Source: Podospora anserina
Lineage: Eukaryota
NCBI GenBank assembly: GCA_017654855.1
Contig: CM030334.1
Span: forward strand, 124,001 to 188,000
Length of the DNA: 64,000 nt
Reading direction: 5' to 3'
The notes below the pieces were generated by a model that was given only the letters and a program-made list of their open reading frames with translations, had not been told where the DNA came from and searched no databases. How positions within the stretch are numbered: the first letter of the stretch is position 1; each line of letters opens with the position of its first letter. The position numbers and the translations under genes are program-made. Positions 61,494-64,000 of the stretch are shown here, piece after piece.

Positions 61494-63122
61494 ATGCCCC
61501 AAGTAAGAAACCCCATCCTCCCCGGGTTCAACCCCGACCCCTCCATCCTCCGGGTGGGCGATGACTACTACATTGCCACTTCCACCTTTGAGTGGTACCC
61601 AGGCGTTCAAATCCACCACTCCAAGGACCTCGCCAACTGGGAGCTCGTCACCCGCCCCCTAACCCGCAAGTCCCAGCTCGACATGCGAGGCGACCCGGAC
61701 AGCTGCGGTATCTGGGCTCCCTGTCTCACCCACGATGGTGAAAAGTTCTGGCTGGTGTACACAGATGTCAAGCGCAAGGATGGGTCCTTCAAGGATACTC
61801 ACAATTACATTGTTTCCGCCCCGGCTATCGAGGGCCCATGGTCGGATCCGGTCTACACCAACTCTTCTGGGTTTGATCCTTCACTCTTTCACGACCCGGA
61901 CACCGGCAAGAAGTGGTTTGTGAACATGCTGTGGGATCACCGCCGTCGCCCTCTTCTTTTTGCCGGGATTGCGTTGCAGGAGTGGGATCCTGTTTCTGGC
62001 AAGCTCGTGGGCCCACGCAAAAACATCTATCGGGGTACCGAGCTCGCTCTGGTCGAGGGCCCTCATCTCTACAAGCGGAATGGATGGTATTATCTCCTGA
62101 CCGCCGAAGGAGGCACCGGCTACGACCACGCAGTCACCTTTGCCCGTTCCAGGGACATTTGGGGGCCCTATGAAACCCACCCAGACAAGCACATTCTCTC
62201 CTCCAAGGACCATCCCCATGCCGCGCTGCAGCGTGCCGGACACGGTGATATTGTCGACACACCCGATGGCAAGACCTATCTCGTCCACCTTGCCGGCCGC
62301 CCGACCACCCAGAGGAGAAGGTGCGTTCTCGGCCGCGAGACCGCCATCCAGGAATGCTTCTGGAAAGACGACTGGCTCTTTGTCAAGGATGGCCCTGTCC
62401 CCTCCCTCCATGTCGAGCTCCCTGCCGCCCGGGATGAGGATCGGTACTGGGAGACGAAAAAGTACTCGTTCGATGCCGGCGAAGGACTGCACAAAGACTT
62501 CCAGTGGCTTCGCACCCCCGAGACGGAGAGAATCTTCAACCTGGACAGCAACAAGCTCAACCTGATTGGCAGGGAGAGCATCGGTTCCTGGTTCGAGCAA
62601 GCCCTCGTTGCGAGGAGGCAAGAGCACTTTTCCTACGACGCCGAGACAGTCATTGACTTTTCCCCCACCGACGAGAGAGAATTCGCCGGGCTGACGGCCT
62701 ACTACTGCCGGTACAACTTTTTCTACCTCATCGTCAGCGCGCACAGTGACGGGCAGAGGGAGTTGCTGATCATGGCTTCCGAGGCGAGCTGGCCGGTGGG
62801 GAATCTGGTCTTGCCGCTGTCGAATCCTGACAGTGTGGTTATTCCCAACGAGGGCAAAGTCAGACTCAAGGTTACGGTGAGGGGGAAGGAGCTGCAGTTT
62901 TGGTACGCTCTTGAGGGTGAGCAGGAGCTCAAGAAGATCGGCCCGGTGTTTGACGCAAGTATTGTAAGTGATGAGTGTGGTGGGCATCAGGCTCATGGGA
63001 GTTTCACGGGGGCTTTTGTGGGGGTGGCTGCCTCGGATTTGAACGGGACGGGGAGGGTGGCCAGTTTTGAGGGGTTTGTGTACACGCCTGTGAAGCATGG
63101 TAGCGATCGGTATGAGGTTTAG
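61494..63122 (+). CDS. Intracellular GH43 beta-xylosidase/arabinofuranosidase (XynB-like), intronless
   Basis: NPILPGFNPDPSI; IATSTFEWYPG; GIWAP; GFDPSLFHD; EGPHLYK; TAEGGT; LGRET; FTGAFVG; no signal peptide. Confidence 0.95.
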   Translation: MPQVRNPILPGFNPDPSILRVGDDYYIATSTFEWYPGVQIHHSKDLANWELVTRPLTRKSQLDMRGDPDSCGIWAPCLTHDGEKFWLVYTDVKRKDGSFKDTHNYIVSAPAIEGPWSDPVYTNSSGFDPSLFHDPDTGKKWFVNMLWDHRRRPLLFAGIALQEWDPVSGKLVGPRKNIYRGTELALVEGPHLYKRNGWYYLLTAEGGTGYDHAVTFARSRDIWGPYETHPDKHILSSKDHPHAALQRAGHGDIVDTPDGKTYLVHLAGRPTTQRRRCVLGRETAIQECFWKDDWLFVKDGPVPSLHVELPAARDEDRYWETKKYSFDAGEGLHKDFQWLRTPETERIFNLDSNKLNLIGRESIGSWFEQALVARRQEHFSYDAETVIDFSPTDEREFAGLTAYYCRYNFFYLIVSAHSDGQRELLIMASEASWPVGNLVLPLSNPDSVVIPNEGKVRLKVTVRGKELQFWYALEGEQELKKIGPVFDASIVSDECGGHQAHGSFTGAFVGVAASDLNGTGRVASFEGFVYTPVKHGSDRYEV

Positions 63123-63569
63123 GGTTACTTACCTAGGAACTTGCCATGAGATAAGATCAACACGAGAGCGGTTGTGCTCGCCCCCTTCCTGCCAAGCGTG
63201 ACTATGCATAAACAAATTCCCCTAACAGCCAACATACCTCAGTCTTTGGCGCTTTAGCCCAGTGCAGGAAGAGCTTTTGTACACAGCTTCAGGTGCACTG
63301 GTCAAGGGGCAGGTACCAGGATACTTACCATGACCGGTTTTGGCAACGCACCATCCCACTGCTCATTGCCATGCAGCCGATTCGAGTTTTGTCAGAAAAG
63401 CATGTATCTCCAAGGCAAAAGTTCCAATAATCAGAACTTGGTAACCTAGTCAAAGAATGGTCAGAGACCTCATAAATAGGCTCTCCACCCAACACATCCG
63501 CCCCCTTTCTCCCCTCGTGCTCAGCTCATCATCTACCTCCCACACCTACTCAACCTTGACCTTGCCAAA

Positions 63570-64000
63570 ATGCACCTCCTCACGATCCTCTCCCTGGTAA
63601 CAGCAGCCTCAGCCACCCTATCCCGATGCGAAGGGTGTCGTCTCATGCCCACCGCCAAAAATGTGTTTGAATGCAGCCGGTGCGAAATGGCCAATGGCGC
63701 GCATGGCCCAGCTTGAACTTGGGACGCTGCTACATCAACGCGAACGGGAATTTGATCTTTCAGCACAAGTGCGTGCTCTCACAGACAGACTCTTCTGGGG
63801 TTAATGTTTGACATGATTTGTATAGCGGTGCATACCACCTATCCTGCCATGTGGGCAGTGCGAATGCTGCTTTTGACCTTCCCCGTGGCGATGCTTCGAT
63901 GTGGCTTCCTTGTCCTAGGATTAATGGGCAGTTGCATACGCCGTTGGCTGATTTGTGTGAGTTGATTTGGTTGTCGTTGTTCAGGTCGTTGCTGACTGAG
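63570..64000 (+). pseudogene. Secreted CVNH (cyanovirin-N homolog)-like gene with a frameshift; runs off the window end
   Basis: ATG 63570 with signal peptide MHLLTILSLVTAASA. The frame stops at TGA ~63714, but a shifted frame gives SLNLGRCYINANGNLIFQHN/GAYHLSC across intron 63769-63825. A second donor GTGAGT follows at ~63957. Confidence 0.65.

Noticed and set aside
61881..63098. 405-aa minus-strand ORF
   Set aside because: Antisense shadow of GH43
1..64000. tRNA, 5S rRNA, CRISPR array, transposase, Starship captain, NLR/HET genes, TGA-CTA read-through PTS1
   Set aside because: None seen by eye. GGTTCGA words lack cloverleaf context, and none of the gene stops I checked has the TGA-CTA context. 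tRNAscan/Infernal would be needed to exclude small RNAs.

Overview
Eukaryotic, intron-rich fungal DNA from a Sordariales ascomycete. It is most likely Podospora or a close relative, inferred from a modin/mod-A-like gene, fungal splice signals (GTAAGT/GTATGT...CTRAC...YAG) and (TACC)n arrays. I can support about 24 protein-coding genes and 2-3 disabled genes. The core includes the developmental regulator medA (long spliced leader, ~7.8 kb gene-free upstream region), a SulP anion transporter, a modin/MOD-A-like protein, Rad26/ATRIP, CDS1, a PQ-loop protein and peroxisomal thiolase. Accessory-looking genes include a divergent pair of related His-rich proteins, an orphan RING+C2H2 protein, CE5 acetylxylan esterase, a DUF3433-like protein (GC-AG intron), a decayed Ste20/Nak1-like kinase, a Dal5-like MFS, a tyrosinase-like protein, a PTH11-like protein, DUF4360, an ADP-ribosylglycohydrolase, GH128, a methyltransferase, ALDH, GH43, a tiny secreted peptide gene and a frameshifted CVNH lectin. 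I saw no rRNA, tRNA, CRISPR array or intact transposon. I could not establish a clear-cut novel system. The best leads are the medA post-transcriptional architecture (spliced uORF plus an AC/UG 3'UTR stem), a dispersed ~50-60 bp telomere-like element, the paralogous His-rich pair and the hidden small secreted peptide. Gene models were spliced by eye, and family calls come from motif recognition, not database searches.
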